DNA of 64,000 nucleotides from Ostreococcus lucimarinus (taxonomy: Eukaryota): NCBI GenBank assembly GCA_000092065.1, contig CP000581.1, one strand, 5' to 3'. This document shows, piece after piece, positions 26,798 to 36,733 of the stretch. The position numbers were made by a program, and so were the translations under genes. Below the pieces are notes generated by a model. It saw nothing but the letters and a program-made list of their open reading frames with translations, was not told the origin of the DNA and ran no database searches. Position 1 is the stretch's first letter; each line of letters begins with the position of its first letter.

Positions 26798-29110
26798 ATG
26801 GCGACGACGACGACGATGCGCGTCGCGGACGCGAGAGGCGCGATGACGCGAGGCGGCGCGCGATGCGCGCGACGCGCGACGGCGCGACGCGCGACGCGCG
26901 CGACGGCGCGACGCGCGACGGTGGCGAACGCGGGGCAGACGATGTACGATAAAATCATCGACGACCACCGCGTGCGAACGCAGGACGACGGGACGCTGCT
27001 GCTGTACATCGATCGACACATGATACACGAGGTGACGTCGCCGCAAGCGTTCGAGGGGCTGCGAACGGCGGGACGGGCGGTGCGACGACCGGATAACACG
27101 CTGGCGACGGTGGATCACAACGTGCCCACGAGCGACCGGAGCGGGTTCGAGAGCGCGGAGACGTTCATCAAGGAGATGGACTCTCGCGTGCAGGTGTTGC
27201 AGCTGGAGGAGAACGTGGAGGAGTTTGGGGTGACGTATTTCGGGATGGACGATAAGAGACAGGGGATCGTGCACATCATCGGACCGGAACAGGGGTTCAC
27301 GCTGCCGGGGACGACGGTGGTGTGCGGGGACTCGCACACGGCGACGCACGGCGCGTTCGGGGCGCTGGCGTTCGGAATCGGGACGAGCGAGGTCGAACAC
27401 GTGCTCGCGACGCAGACGTTGTTGCAAAAGCCGTCGAAGAATATGCGAATCACGATCGATGGGAAGCTCGGAGATGGGGTGACGAGTAAGGATATTATTT
27501 TGCACATCATCGGCGTCATCGGCACGGCGGGCGGAAACGGCTCCGTGATTGAATTCGCGGGCGAAGCCATTCGCTCGCTCTCCATGGAGGCGCGAATGAG
27601 TATTTGTAACATGGCCATTGAAGGTGGGGCGCGCGCGGGTATGATTGCCCCGGATGAGATCACGTTCGAGTACCTCAAGGGTCGTCCGATGTCGCCTCGA
27701 GGGGAGACGTGGAATCGCGCGGTCGAGTACTGGAAGTCTCTCGCCTCCGACGCGGATTCCAAGTACGATCGCGAGATCGTTATTCCGGCGTCCGATATCG
27801 AACCCACGGTGACTTGGGGGACGTCCCCGCAAGATGTCGTTGGGATTTCGGGCATCGTTCCCGATCCGAAGGACTTCGACGAGGCGCGCGGCAAGTCGAT
27901 GCAACGCGCGCTCGATTACATGGGTCTGACCCCGGGCACTAAGATGCAAGATGTCGTCGTCGACAAGGTGTTCGTCGGCTCGTGCACGAACGGTCGCATC
28001 GAAGACGTGCGCGCGGTCGCCGCGGTGGCCAAAGGTAGAAAGGTTGCCGACAACGTGTACGCCATGGTCGTCCCGGGTTCGGGCATCGTCAAGGAGCAAG
28101 CCGAAGCCGAAGGCTTGGACGTCATCCTCAAGGAAGCTGGCTTCGACTGGCGCGAGCCCGGTTGCTCGATGTGTTTGGCAATGAACCCGGATAAGTTGCT
28201 TCCGGGCGAACGCTGCGCGTCAACCTCCAACCGTAACTTTGAAGGTCGTCAAGGCAACGGCGGTCGCACGCACTTGATGTCGCCGGCGATGGCTGCCGCC
28301 GCGGCCATCACGGGTAAGCTTTGCGACGTCCGCACCCTCGGCTCTGGCGCTGTCTTGACCGGCGAAGATGCTCCGGGTAAGCTCGAAAGCAAGGACTTCT
28401 TATCGGACGCCTTGGTCACTTCCCCGCCGCCGCAAAAGAAGGACAACGGTCCGGCGGGCGCGGGCGGCATGGCCAAGTTTACCACCTTGAAGGGTGTAGC
28501 CGCGGCCATGGAACTTCAGAACATCGACACCGATATGATCATCCCCAAGCAATTCTTGAAGACGATCAAGCGCACCGGCCTCGGAGTCTCTGCGTTTTAC
28601 GAAATGCGTTACGACGAGCAAGGCGTCGAACGCCCGGATTTCGTGTTGAACAACGAGCCGTACCGCAACGCCTCCATTTTGGTCGCCGGTAACAATTTTG
28701 GTTGCGGGTCTTCTCGTGAGCACGCGCCGTGGGCGATTAATGACTTCGGCATTCGATGCATCATCTCCACCGCCTTTGCCGACATCTTCTTCAACAACTG
28801 CTTCAAGAACGCCATGTTGCCAATCGTTCTCGACGAAGCCACCGTGAACACGCTCATGGCGGACGCCAACGCCAAGCAAGAGCTCGAAATCGACTTGCCG
28901 AACCAAGTCGTCATTCGATCAAACGGCGAGAAGATTCCATTCGAAGTCGACGAGTTCCGCAAGCACTGCTTGATCAACGGCTTGGACGACATCGGCTTGA
29001 CGATGCAGCAAGACGCCGACATCGCCGCGTTCGAGGCCAAGCGCACCGAAAACTTCCCGTGGCTCAACGGCGCCGGCTACGTCCAAGGCAGCGCCACCCC
29101 GGCGCGTTAA
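26798..29110 (+). CDS. 3-isopropylmalate dehydratase, fused large (LeuC) and small (LeuD) subunits, with an N-terminal presequence
   Basis: LeuC region: [11 protein letters not shown]...[18 protein letters not shown] and the aconitase-family Cys ligands (VCGDSHT, GSCTNGR, GCSMCL). LeuD-like C-terminal domain: [21 protein letters not shown]. The conserved core starts at ATG 26942. The preceding 48 codons (Arg/Ala/Thr-rich) look like an organellar transit peptide. Confidence 0.9.
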   Translation: MATTTTMRVADARGAMTRGGARCARRATARRATRATARRATVANAGQTMYDKIIDDHRVRTQDDGTLLLYIDRHMIHEVTSPQAFEGLRTAGRAVRRPDNTLATVDHNVPTSDRSGFESAETFIKEMDSRVQVLQLEENVEEFGVTYFGMDDKRQGIVHIIGPEQGFTLPGTTVVCGDSHTATHGAFGALAFGIGTSEVEHVLATQTLLQKPSKNMRITIDGKLGDGVTSKDIILHIIGVIGTAGGNGSVIEFAGEAIRSLSMEARMSICNMAIEGGARAGMIAPDEITFEYLKGRPMSPRGETWNRAVEYWKSLASDADSKYDREIVIPASDIEPTVTWGTSPQDVVGISGIVPDPKDFDEARGKSMQRALDYMGLTPGTKMQDVVVDKVFVGSCTNGRIEDVRAVAAVAKGRKVADNVYAMVVPGSGIVKEQAEAEGLDVILKEAGFDWREPGCSMCLAMNPDKLLPGERCASTSNRNFEGRQGNGGRTHLMSPAMAAAAAITGKLCDVRTLGSGAVLTGEDAPGKLESKDFLSDALVTSPPPQKKDNGPAGAGGMAKFTTLKGVAAAMELQNIDTDMIIPKQFLKTIKRTGLGVSAFYEMRYDEQGVERPDFVLNNEPYRNASILVAGNNFGCGSSREHAPWAINDFGIRCIISTAFADIFFNNCFKNAMLPIVLDEATVNTLMADANAKQELEIDLPNQVVIRSNGEKIPFEVDEFRKHCLINGLDDIGLTMQQDADIAAFEAKRTENFPWLNGAGYVQGSATPAR

Positions 29111-29240
29111 TACCACGCACGTCGAAACTTTAGCACAACCACACGATTGCAACGATCACGTATTACCACTATCGACGCGCGTCTCCGCCGTCCGCGCTGG
29201 CCCCCTCATCCGCCACCGTCATCCGCACACCACCGCGCGT

Positions 29241-30410
29241 TTGCCCGACATGTTCCGCCGAGCCGGCGACAAATTTGCCGCGCGAACCGCGCGCGCGACG
29301 TTCGCGCTCTTCGGCGACGTCACCGCGTCCACGCGCGTTCCGCGCGCGTCGTCTCGCGCGCGACGGTTCGCCCAACCGTCAGCCATCGCCATCGCGCGCG
29401 AATTCGCCGACGACGCGCACAATCGCGTGCGCTACCCTTCGCCCGAGGTGAAGATCGGCCAGCCCGCGCCGCAGTTCGATTCTCCCGCGTGCGTCGACGG
29501 CGATCTCGGCCGGGTGAAGCTGAGCGATTACCTCGGGAAGTATTGCGTGGTGTTCTTCTACCCGCTCGACTTTACGTTTGTGTGCCCGACGGAGATCACG
29601 GCGTTTAACGATCGCGCGGATGAATTCGAAGCGCTGAACACGAAAGTGATAGCGGTGTCGACGGATAGTGAGTACTCGCACTTGGCGTGGACGATGATGG
29701 AACGCGAACGAGGCGGTTTGGGGGCGATGCGGATACCGATCGTGAGCGACCGGACGAAGGAGATCAGCGCCAAGTACGGAGTGCTGTTCGAAGACCGAGG
29801 AATTGCGCTGAGAGGGCTGTTTATCATCGACGACGAGGGGATCGTGCAGCAGATCACGATGAATAACTTGCCCGTGGGGCGGAGCGTGGACGAGACGCTG
29901 CGGCTCGTGCGAGCGTTTCAGTACACGGCGGAACACGGCGAGGTGTGTCCGGCGGGATGGACGCCCGGTGCGCCCACGATGATCGATGATCCTGAAAAGT
30001 CCAAGACGTATTTCGAGCAACACGCTGGCGCGCCAAGTGGGGGATCGTCTTCAAGCGGCGGTTCGTCGAACGGCGATTTCGCCGCCAAGCTCACGCCCAT
30101 CGCGTCGCGCGCAGACTTCAACGCCTTGATCGCTGGACCCAAGCCAGTCGTCGTTGATTTCATGGCGAGCTGGTGCGGCAAGTGTCGACAAATCGCCCCG
30201 GAGGTCGACAAGCTCATCGATCAGTACCCGGATGTCGTCTTCGCGAAATTCGACACGGCGCACGCGGATTTGGCGCCTCTCTCCAAGGAGTTGGGCATCG
30301 AGGCCATGCCGACTTTCAAGTTTTACAAGGACGGCAAAGAAGTCAACGAAGTGATCGGTTACAAGCCTAAGCTCTTGCGCGACGCCGTTGTTGATTTCGC
30401 GGGCCATTGA
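29241..30410 (+). CDS. typical 2-Cys peroxiredoxin fused to a C-terminal thioredoxin domain, with an N-terminal presequence
   Basis: Peroxidatic Cys in [14 protein letters not shown] and resolving Cys in GEVCPAGW. A Gly/Ser linker ([16 protein letters not shown]) follows, then a thioredoxin fold with WCGKC active site ([20 protein letters not shown]...[11 protein letters not shown]). The ~60-aa N-terminal extension is Arg/Ala-rich. Confidence 0.85.
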   Translation: MPDMFRRAGDKFAARTARATFALFGDVTASTRVPRASSRARRFAQPSAIAIAREFADDAHNRVRYPSPEVKIGQPAPQFDSPACVDGDLGRVKLSDYLGKYCVVFFYPLDFTFVCPTEITAFNDRADEFEALNTKVIAVSTDSEYSHLAWTMMERERGGLGAMRIPIVSDRTKEISAKYGVLFEDRGIALRGLFIIDDEGIVQQITMNNLPVGRSVDETLRLVRAFQYTAEHGEVCPAGWTPGAPTMIDDPEKSKTYFEQHAGAPSGGSSSSGGSSNGDFAAKLTPIASRADFNALIAGPKPVVVDFMASWCGKCRQIAPEVDKLIDQYPDVVFAKFDTAHADLAPLSKELGIEAMPTFKFYKDGKEVNEVIGYKPKLLRDAVVDFAGH

Positions 30411-30440
30411 GACAATTATTTTACAAAACAGTTCCTATCG

Positions 30441-31613
30441 CTAAACGCGCGCTTTTGATTCCACCTCCACCGTGCTTCCATTCGTCGCCCGTGTGTGCTT
30501 GATGACCACACTTTCACCACGCTCGCGCGCTACTCTGACGTTCATCCAAATCTCGAATGCGAGTGCGAGGCGACGTTGCGTCGGCGCGTCGCGTTCCGCC
30601 CGAGCTGGATCTACTCTAACGATCTCGTCGACGTCGCACTGTTCGTGGATAAACGATTTAATGCTCGCAAAAACGTCGCCATCGCGTGGAAACGCACAAA
30701 TCATCGTGTCGAACACGAATCTGTAGTACGACCACAGCGCCTCGTGTCCCGGGTATTGGCGTATGAGGTGACGCGACAATTCGTCTTCATAGAGTACAAT
30801 CGAACGACGATCCGCCGGCCGCGCGCCCAACGCGCGCTTGACGATGTGCGACCGGTAGTGCAACGCGCAATGATCGCTCACGCTCGTTCGCACGCGGCGT
30901 TCGTTTTCACAGAGCTCTTGATCTAACAACTCCCGACGGTTCGGCAAAAGGCGCCGCAGCGCCCACGCGCGATGCGACCACGCCGCGTAATTCAATCTCT
31001 TCTTCAACACCGCCGCGTCGCACGCCCGGCACTCTTCTCGAAACGTTTCTAGCGCCCACGCGTCCTTTTTCGACCCATCACCAATCACCGCCGCGCGCGC
31101 GGCGTCGATCACCCATCGCCGGTGCGCCCAAGCGCTCGGCGCCTTTGGAAATCGACTCTGCACCGCGCGCGCAAACGCCAACTCATCGCGCGCGCCTTCC
31201 ACCAATCCGTCCCGCTCGCGCGCGCTCATCTTCTCGACGCCGTCGAATCGCGCCTTCATCGTTCTCTTTCGCGCGTTCCACGCCGTGGCGTGATCGCCGT
31301 TCGCGCACAGCGCCGTCGCCGCCGCGTCGAAATCCGCGTCGTCGTCGTCGCCCTCCCATCGCCTCGCCGACGCCTCGCGCACGCCCACGACGGCGTCGTG
31401 CGACATCACCAGCGCGTCGCCGCACGCGTAAAACGCGTCCGGCATTCGCGACGCGTTCTCGTCGCCTCGCGTCGTTCCGAACAGCGCCGCTCGCGACACG
31501 TCCGGCGCGTGTTCGACGCTCCGCACCGCGCGCGTCCCGCTCGCGTCGTCGCGCGCGCCGAGCAATCGATCGAGCTCGATCGCCATCGCCGTCGCGCGCG
31601 CGCTCGGCGCCAT
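30441..31613 (-). CDS. protein prenyltransferase alpha-subunit repeat (PPTA) containing protein, PTAR1-like
   Basis: Repeated W-x-x-R-x-W/ L motifs characteristic of PPTA repeats: PSAWAHRRWVI, NYAAWSHRAWAL and ALWSYYRFV. Confidence 0.5.
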   Translation of the reverse strand: MAPSARATAMAIELDRLLGARDDASGTRAVRSVEHAPDVSRAALFGTTRGDENASRMPDAFYACGDALVMSHDAVVGVREASARRWEGDDDDADFDAAATALCANGDHATAWNARKRTMKARFDGVEKMSARERDGLVEGARDELAFARAVQSRFPKAPSAWAHRRWVIDAARAAVIGDGSKKDAWALETFREECRACDAAVLKKRLNYAAWSHRAWALRRLLPNRRELLDQELCENERRVRTSVSDHCALHYRSHIVKRALGARPADRRSIVLYEDELSRHLIRQYPGHEALWSYYRFVFDTMICAFPRDGDVFASIKSFIHEQCDVDEIVRVDPARAERDAPTQRRLALAFEIWMNVRVARERGESVVIKHTRATNGSTVEVESKARV

Positions 31614-31669
31614 CGCGCCGCGCCGCGCGCCGCGCGGTGCCGCACATCGCGCCCGGCCGGGCCGGCGCG

Positions 31670-32599
31670 ATGCCGCGGCCGCATCGCGCGCGCGGCGTCG
31701 CGCTCGCCGCGCTGCTGACGCTCGCGCGCGCGTCGCGCGTCGCCGCCGACGTCGCGGTGCGCGACTTCGCGCAGACGGGGACGTCGTGGACGTTCCAGGG
31801 CGTCGCCGCGCCGGCCAAGTCGAGCGAGGCGAGCGACGCGCACGCGCTGCGGGTGACGCCCGCGCGCGCGAACGCGGCGGGAAGCGCGTTCGCGACGAGC
31901 AAACAGCTCGTCGGCGGTGGATTCGTGGCGGAGTTCGCGTTCGCGATCACGACGCCCGCGAACGTGGAGGTGCCGTGCGAGGGGGTGGACCACGCGCCGG
32001 CGACGTGCTCGCGAAGAGGCGGCGACGGATTGGCGTTTGTGATACAAAACGCCGATGGAAGGGCGCTGGGGGGGGGAGGAGGACAGATTGGGTACGGGGG
32101 GATCGTGAACTGCGTCGCGGTGGAGTTCGACACGTTTCACGACGCGCATTCGAGAGACCCGTATCATAACCACGTGGCGGTTATGACGCGCGGCGCGAAG
32201 GCGCCGGCGTTGGCGACGCACGACGCGGCGATCGGGACGAGCGTGACGGTGCCGAATTTATCCGACGGTGAGCGTCACGTCGTGCGCGTGGTCTACGACC
32301 CAGACTTTGTCCCCGAGGACGCGTCGCACAAGAGTTTCCGCGGCGGCGCGTACCTGCTCGATTTGATGCGCGACTACAAGCACGGTTTAGGAACGATGAA
32401 AGTCTTCATCGACGATCTCGCCGATCCCGTCTTGACGGTGCCGATCAACTTGGCCGCGTTCATGGACTTGGACAACGGTCGCGCCTGGGTCGGTTTCACC
32501 GCCGCGACCGGGCGTTCGATGCAGAACCACGACGTGCAGAGTTTTTCGTTTCGCGAGCGCGTCGGCGGCGGCTTTGTTCCCGGCGTCGCCGTCGCGTGA
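31670..32599 (+). CDS. secreted L-type (legume-like) lectin-domain protein
   Basis: Signal-peptide-like N-terminus (MPRPHRARGVALAALLTLARASRVAADVA). Legume-lectin blocks GDGLAFVIQ, GGxxGYGG, VAVEFDTFHD and GFTAATG. The upstream part of the track ORF (31145-31669) is Arg-rich antisense of the PPTA gene and is not called. Confidence 0.7.
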   Translation: MPRPHRARGVALAALLTLARASRVAADVAVRDFAQTGTSWTFQGVAAPAKSSEASDAHALRVTPARANAAGSAFATSKQLVGGGFVAEFAFAITTPANVEVPCEGVDHAPATCSRRGGDGLAFVIQNADGRALGGGGGQIGYGGIVNCVAVEFDTFHDAHSRDPYHNHVAVMTRGAKAPALATHDAAIGTSVTVPNLSDGERHVVRVVYDPDFVPEDASHKSFRGGAYLLDLMRDYKHGLGTMKVFIDDLADPVLTVPINLAAFMDLDNGRAWVGFTAATGRSMQNHDVQSFSFRERVGGGFVPGVAVA

Positions 32600-32916
32600 T
32601 CACCGTCTCCATTCCTGTTGTACAATACCATCGCATCGCACGTGTCGCGTTCGCATCTTTCGCATCCATCGCTCATCTCTCGCGCTCGTCCGTTCGTTCG
32701 AGTCCGATCCGATCCTCGTTCGATTCGCCGCGCTCTGACTGTCGAAGTTTCTCGAATCGCGCGCTCGATCGCGATCGCCATTCCGCGCCGCGCCCGCGCG
32801 TCTGTCGTCGCCGCGCGCTCGCGCACGACTCGCACTCGCGCGCGCACGGCTCGCGCACGCTCGCGCGCGACTCGCGGAGCGCGAACGCGCGTCGTCGACG
32901 CCGCATTCGTCGAAAG

Positions 32917-33585
32917 ATGGCGACGATGGCGCGCGTCGTCGCGATGGCGTTCGCGACGCTCGCGCTCGTCGCGGGCGCCGACGCGAGCGCGTTCGTCGGC
33001 ACGGACGCGAACTTCGATCGCGAGGTGATGAACTCGGGGAAACACGTCTTCGTGAAGTACCTCGCGCCGTGGTGAGGACACTGCAAGTCGATGAAACCGG
33101 CGTGGGATCGACTTGGGGCGGATTACAAGGACAGCGCGAGCGTGATGATCGTCGACGTGGATTGCACGGCGGAGGGATCTGGAACGTGCGCAAAGGTTGG
33201 AGTGAAGGGATACCCGACGATAAAGTATTACCCGGCGGGGGATAAGAAGGGTAAGGATTACCAGGGCGGACGGGATTACGACGCGTTGAAGTCGTTCGTG
33301 ACGAAGACGCTGGATAAGCCGTTGTGCGACGCGGCGACGAAGAAGGGGTGCGCGAAGAACGAAGTCGAATTCTTGAAGAAGATGGACGGTAAGTCGAAGT
33401 CTGAACTCAAAAGCGAGTTGAAGGAAAAGACTGCCGAGTTGAACGAAATCAAGAAGGAGATGAAGGCGGCGACAAAGGAGTTCAACGCGAAGACGCAAGC
33501 GTGGAAGAAGCGCCAAGCCGTCATAAACCGCGCGAACAAGCTCCTCAACGACCTCATCGCGGCGTCGGACAAGACTGAGCTTTAA
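32917..33585 (+). CDS. PDI-like thioredoxin-fold selenoprotein (in-frame TGA = Sec in the active site), signal peptide, C-terminal KTEL
   Basis: MATMARVVAMAFATLALVAGADA (signal peptide) ... GKHVFVKYLAPW-TGA-GHCKSMKPAW ... YPTIKYYPAG. The sequence matches the PDI a-domain ([20 protein letters not shown]) with TGA in place of the first Cys. The frame is continuous across 32596-33585 except for this codon. The protein ends in DKTEL, a KDEL-like ER retrieval signal. Confidence 0.65.
33073..33075 (+). other. putative selenocysteine codon (UGA) within the CxxC motif (W-U-G-H-C-K)
   Basis: TGA falls exactly where the first active-site Cys of a thioredoxin-fold CGHC motif is expected. The fold elements before and after the codon are in one frame. 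Confidence 0.6.
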
Positions 33586-33653
33586 AACCGCGGTCATTTA
33601 TCAAGATACGAACCGTTACCACGCGAGTGCGTAGTCCGAAGTTGAGAACACAC

Positions 33654-33703
33654 GTGACGTTTCGTCTCAAAGATCGCTTTCACGCGATTGAGACGCGACT
33701 GAT
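33654..33703 (+). promoter_or_regulatory. candidate SECIS element in the 3'UTR (GUGA / 10-bp helix / AAA apical loop / UGAU)
   Basis: Folded by eye. The 5' arm is GUGAC then GUUUCGUCUC, the loop begins with AAAG, the 3' arm is GAGACGCGAC (9 of 10 pairs), followed by UGAU. It lies about 70 nt after the stop. Confidence 0.4.
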
Positions 33704-33827
33704 TTTGACAACGGAGGATGAAAAACGCTTCACCGCAACGAATAATCAAGATAAATTTTTCATGTAATGGAAAGAATCAAACAACAATCGCTTATTAGTG
33801 TGTGCCTAGAGTGACTTCGAGTGATCT

Positions 33828-36308
33828 CTATAAGTTGGCGGACTCATCTTCGGAGTCTTGCGCGTGGATGTCGTAAACCTCGCGCACAATCTTCGGACCG
33901 TTGGAAAGGCAAATACCCTGGCGGTCCGCCGTGACAAGGATTGTGTCGTCTTCGTTGAACACACCTCGCAACATCGCATTAGCCAAGGGCTGAATGAGTT
34001 CTCGTTGAATCGCCCGACGCACCGGACGCGCACCGTACGCCGGATCGTATCCTTGTCGCGCCAAGTGCTCGATGGCGCTTCTGTCCAACGAGAGGTTCAT
34101 GCGCTGGGTGTCGATGCGCTGCGACAACTTCTTCGTTTGCAACTGCACAATCTCTTCGATTTGGGCGTGCGTCAACGGCTCAAAAACAATAAACTCGTCG
34201 AGACGGTTGACGAATTCGGGGCGGAAGTGCGAGCGAACGTGCTGCATGACCGCATCCTTGACGTTCACCTTGTTGCGACGCTTGTTGGCGTAGGAAATCT
34301 CATCCGAACCCAAGTTGGAAGTCATGATGATCAAGCAGTTACGGAAAGACACGTTGCGACCTTGCGTGTCGGTGACGTGGCCCTCATCCAGAAGTTGCAA
34401 CAAGACGTTGAAAACGTCCACGTGCGCCTTTTCAATTTCATCAAACAACACGACCGAATACGGTTTTTGACGGACCGCATCCGTCAACATACCGCCCTCG
34501 TCGTAGCCCACGTAGCCCGGAGGGGCGCCGATCAAGCGCGCGACGGAGTGCTTCTCCATGTATTCGCTCATATCAAGACGCACCAGAGCGGTGTCGGAGT
34601 TGAACAAATAGCTCGCCAAGGCTTTGGCGAGCTCCGTCTTACCCACACCAGTCGGGCCGAGGAACATGAAGGACGCCACCGGTCCGTTCGGATCGGCGAG
34701 ATCGGCTCGAGATCGCTGCACCGCCTCCGCGACAGACGTCACCGCGGCTTCTTGTCCGATCACGCGCTGATGAAGCTCGGCCTCGAGTTGCAACAGCTTG
34801 GCCTTCTCGCTCGACACAAGCTTGGCGACAGGCACACCCGTCCAACGGCTCACCACGGCGGCGACGTCGTTGTCGGTGACTTCTTCGCGCATCATGGCGC
34901 CGCCGTCTTTGAGTTCGAGCACGGCTGCCTCAGCCGCGGTGAGTTCATCTTCCGTCGTTTTGACTTGCTGTTCAAGCTTTTTCAATTCAGCTTGAGCGCG
35001 CCCGAGCTCGGCGGCGAGCACGGATCCAGCCTCGGCTTGGGTCGCCTGCGCGATTTTCATCTTGGCGTTTTCAACCTTGCGCTTGATGAAAGAGTTGTTC
35101 GCGTACGCGCGACGGTACTCGTCTTGAATGCGACGCTCCGTGTCATACTTGCTTTGCATCTCCTTGCGAGCCTTCTTCTCCACGCTAAGCGCGGCCGCAA
35201 TCTTCTGCAGCTCGGCGGCGGCGACGTTGGAAGTCCCCGCCTTGGCCAATTCGCCCGCGTTCTTGCGCAAGAGTTGATCGCGCTCCTTTTGAAGCTGCGC
35301 AATCTTGCGGTCCGCCATGTCCAAGCCGTCTGGCTTATGCGTCTTCATCATACGCACCGCAGCCGCGGCTTCATCGAGCAAATCGATCGCCTTATCCGGC
35401 AACTGGCGTCCGGAGACGTAGCGCGCGGATAACTGCGCCGCCGCCAAGAGAGCGCCTTCGCTGATGGCGATGTTGTGATGCTGCTCGTAACGCGGTCGCA
35501 GTCCCCGCAAAATGCTCACCGTATCATCTACGTTTGGTTCCTCCACCGGAACCTGCTGGAATCGGCGCTCTAACGCGGCATCTTGTTCGATAGTCTTCTT
35601 AAACTTGTCCGCCGACGTCGCGCCGACGCACCGAAGCAAGCCTCGCCCGAGGGCGGGTTTGAGAATCGCGGCTCCGTTGTTATTCATCGGCGGCGCCGGG
35701 CAAAGATTGTGAATATCATCGATGAACAACACCACCGGTCCCTTGGCCGTCGCGTCCACGACTTCTTGCACGATAATCGTCAAGCGCTCTTCAAATTCAC
35801 CGGGCATTTGGCACCCCGCGCCGACGGCGCCGAGGTCGACTTCGAGAAGCTTCGCCCCTCGCAGCGCCTGCGGCACGTCGTCGTTGACGATGCGTTGCGC
35901 CAAACCCTCGACGATGGCCGTCTTACCGACCCCAGACTGCCCGAGCAACACGGGGTTGTTCTTCGTTCGTCGACACAAGATGTGAATCAACCGTCGCACC
36001 TCCTCCTCGCGACCGACGAGCGGGTCGAGAAGGCCTCGACGCGCCTCATCCGTCACGTCGGTGCAAAACCGCTCGAGCGCGCTCAACTCCTCGTCCTCGG
36101 GATTTTGTGCACCGTTCTGCTGCTGCTGCATTTGCTGCATTTGTTGCTGCATCTGCCGCATCATCGCGATCTGCGCATCCTCTCTCGCGCTCGCGACGCT
36201 CGGCTTGGCCGCGTCGTCCACCGCGAACGCATTCGCCGCCCCCTGCGCGTCGTAAACCGCGCGTCGCGACATCGTCAGTCTTCGCGTCCACGCGCCGCGT
36301 CGCGCCAC
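33828..36308 (-). CDS. ClpB/Hsp104/Hsp78-family AAA+ disaggregase chaperone lacking the canonical N-domain
   Basis: NBD1: LLGQSGVGKTAIVEGLAQRIVNDDVP, VLFIDDIHNL and the sensor region. M-domain coiled coil. NBD2: MFLGPTGVGKTELAKALA, VVLFDEIEKAH and the VTDTQGRNVSFRNCLIIMTSN motif. There is a Q-rich stretch (MMRQMQQQMQQMQQQQ) near the N-terminus. Confidence 0.85.
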   Translation of the reverse strand: MARRGAWTRRLTMSRRAVYDAQGAANAFAVDDAAKPSVASAREDAQIAMMRQMQQQMQQMQQQQNGAQNPEDEELSALERFCTDVTDEARRGLLDPLVGREEEVRRLIHILCRRTKNNPVLLGQSGVGKTAIVEGLAQRIVNDDVPQALRGAKLLEVDLGAVGAGCQMPGEFEERLTIIVQEVVDATAKGPVVLFIDDIHNLCPAPPMNNNGAAILKPALGRGLLRCVGATSADKFKKTIEQDAALERRFQQVPVEEPNVDDTVSILRGLRPRYEQHHNIAISEGALLAAAQLSARYVSGRQLPDKAIDLLDEAAAAVRMMKTHKPDGLDMADRKIAQLQKERDQLLRKNAGELAKAGTSNVAAAELQKIAAALSVEKKARKEMQSKYDTERRIQDEYRRAYANNSFIKRKVENAKMKIAQATQAEAGSVLAAELGRAQAELKKLEQQVKTTEDELTAAEAAVLELKDGGAMMREEVTDNDVAAVVSRWTGVPVAKLVSSEKAKLLQLEAELHQRVIGQEAAVTSVAEAVQRSRADLADPNGPVASFMFLGPTGVGKTELAKALASYLFNSDTALVRLDMSEYMEKHSVARLIGAPPGYVGYDEGGMLTDAVRQKPYSVVLFDEIEKAHVDVFNVLLQLLDEGHVTDTQGRNVSFRNCLIIMTSNLGSDEISYANKRRNKVNVKDAVMQHVRSHFRPEFVNRLDEFIVFEPLTHAQIEEIVQLQTKKLSQRIDTQRMNLSLDRSAIEHLARQGYDPAYGARPVRRAIQRELIQPLANAMLRGVFNEDDTILVTADRQGICLSNGPKIVREVYDIHAQDSEDESANL

Positions 36309-36733
36309 CGCGCGTCTCGCGCGCGCTCTCCCGCGCCTCTCTCTCTCTCTCCCGCGCCTCCTCGCGCTCCCCTACCCCTCGCCGCGCTCGCGCCGCGTCC
36401 CGCTCGACCCGCGGAACCTCGCGGAAGCTCCGATCGCCCCCTACCCCCGCGCCTTCCCACCGCGCGCGCCCCTCCCGCGCCTCGTCCGCGCTCGCACAGC
36501 GTTCAAATCGCGCGCTCGCGTCGTCGACGCACCGCGAGCATGCTCGAGATCGCCGCGCGTATCGCGCGCTGTCGCGCGATTAAAAACGCCACCGTCGTCC
36601 CGAGCGTCGCGAGCGTCACCGCGCGCTGCGTCCTCGCGTCCCGCGCCGCGAAATCGGCGCGCATCGCGGCGAGCATGACGTCGTTCGCGCGTTACCGAGC
36701 GTTCGGCGCGCGCGCGCGTCGCGCGGCGACAAA

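Noticed and set aside
33586-33830. Alternative SECIS candidate around ATGA at 33716
   Set aside because: The 3' arm offers CAUG rather than the required N-G-A-N next to the helix. The 33654-33703 hairpin fits the consensus better.
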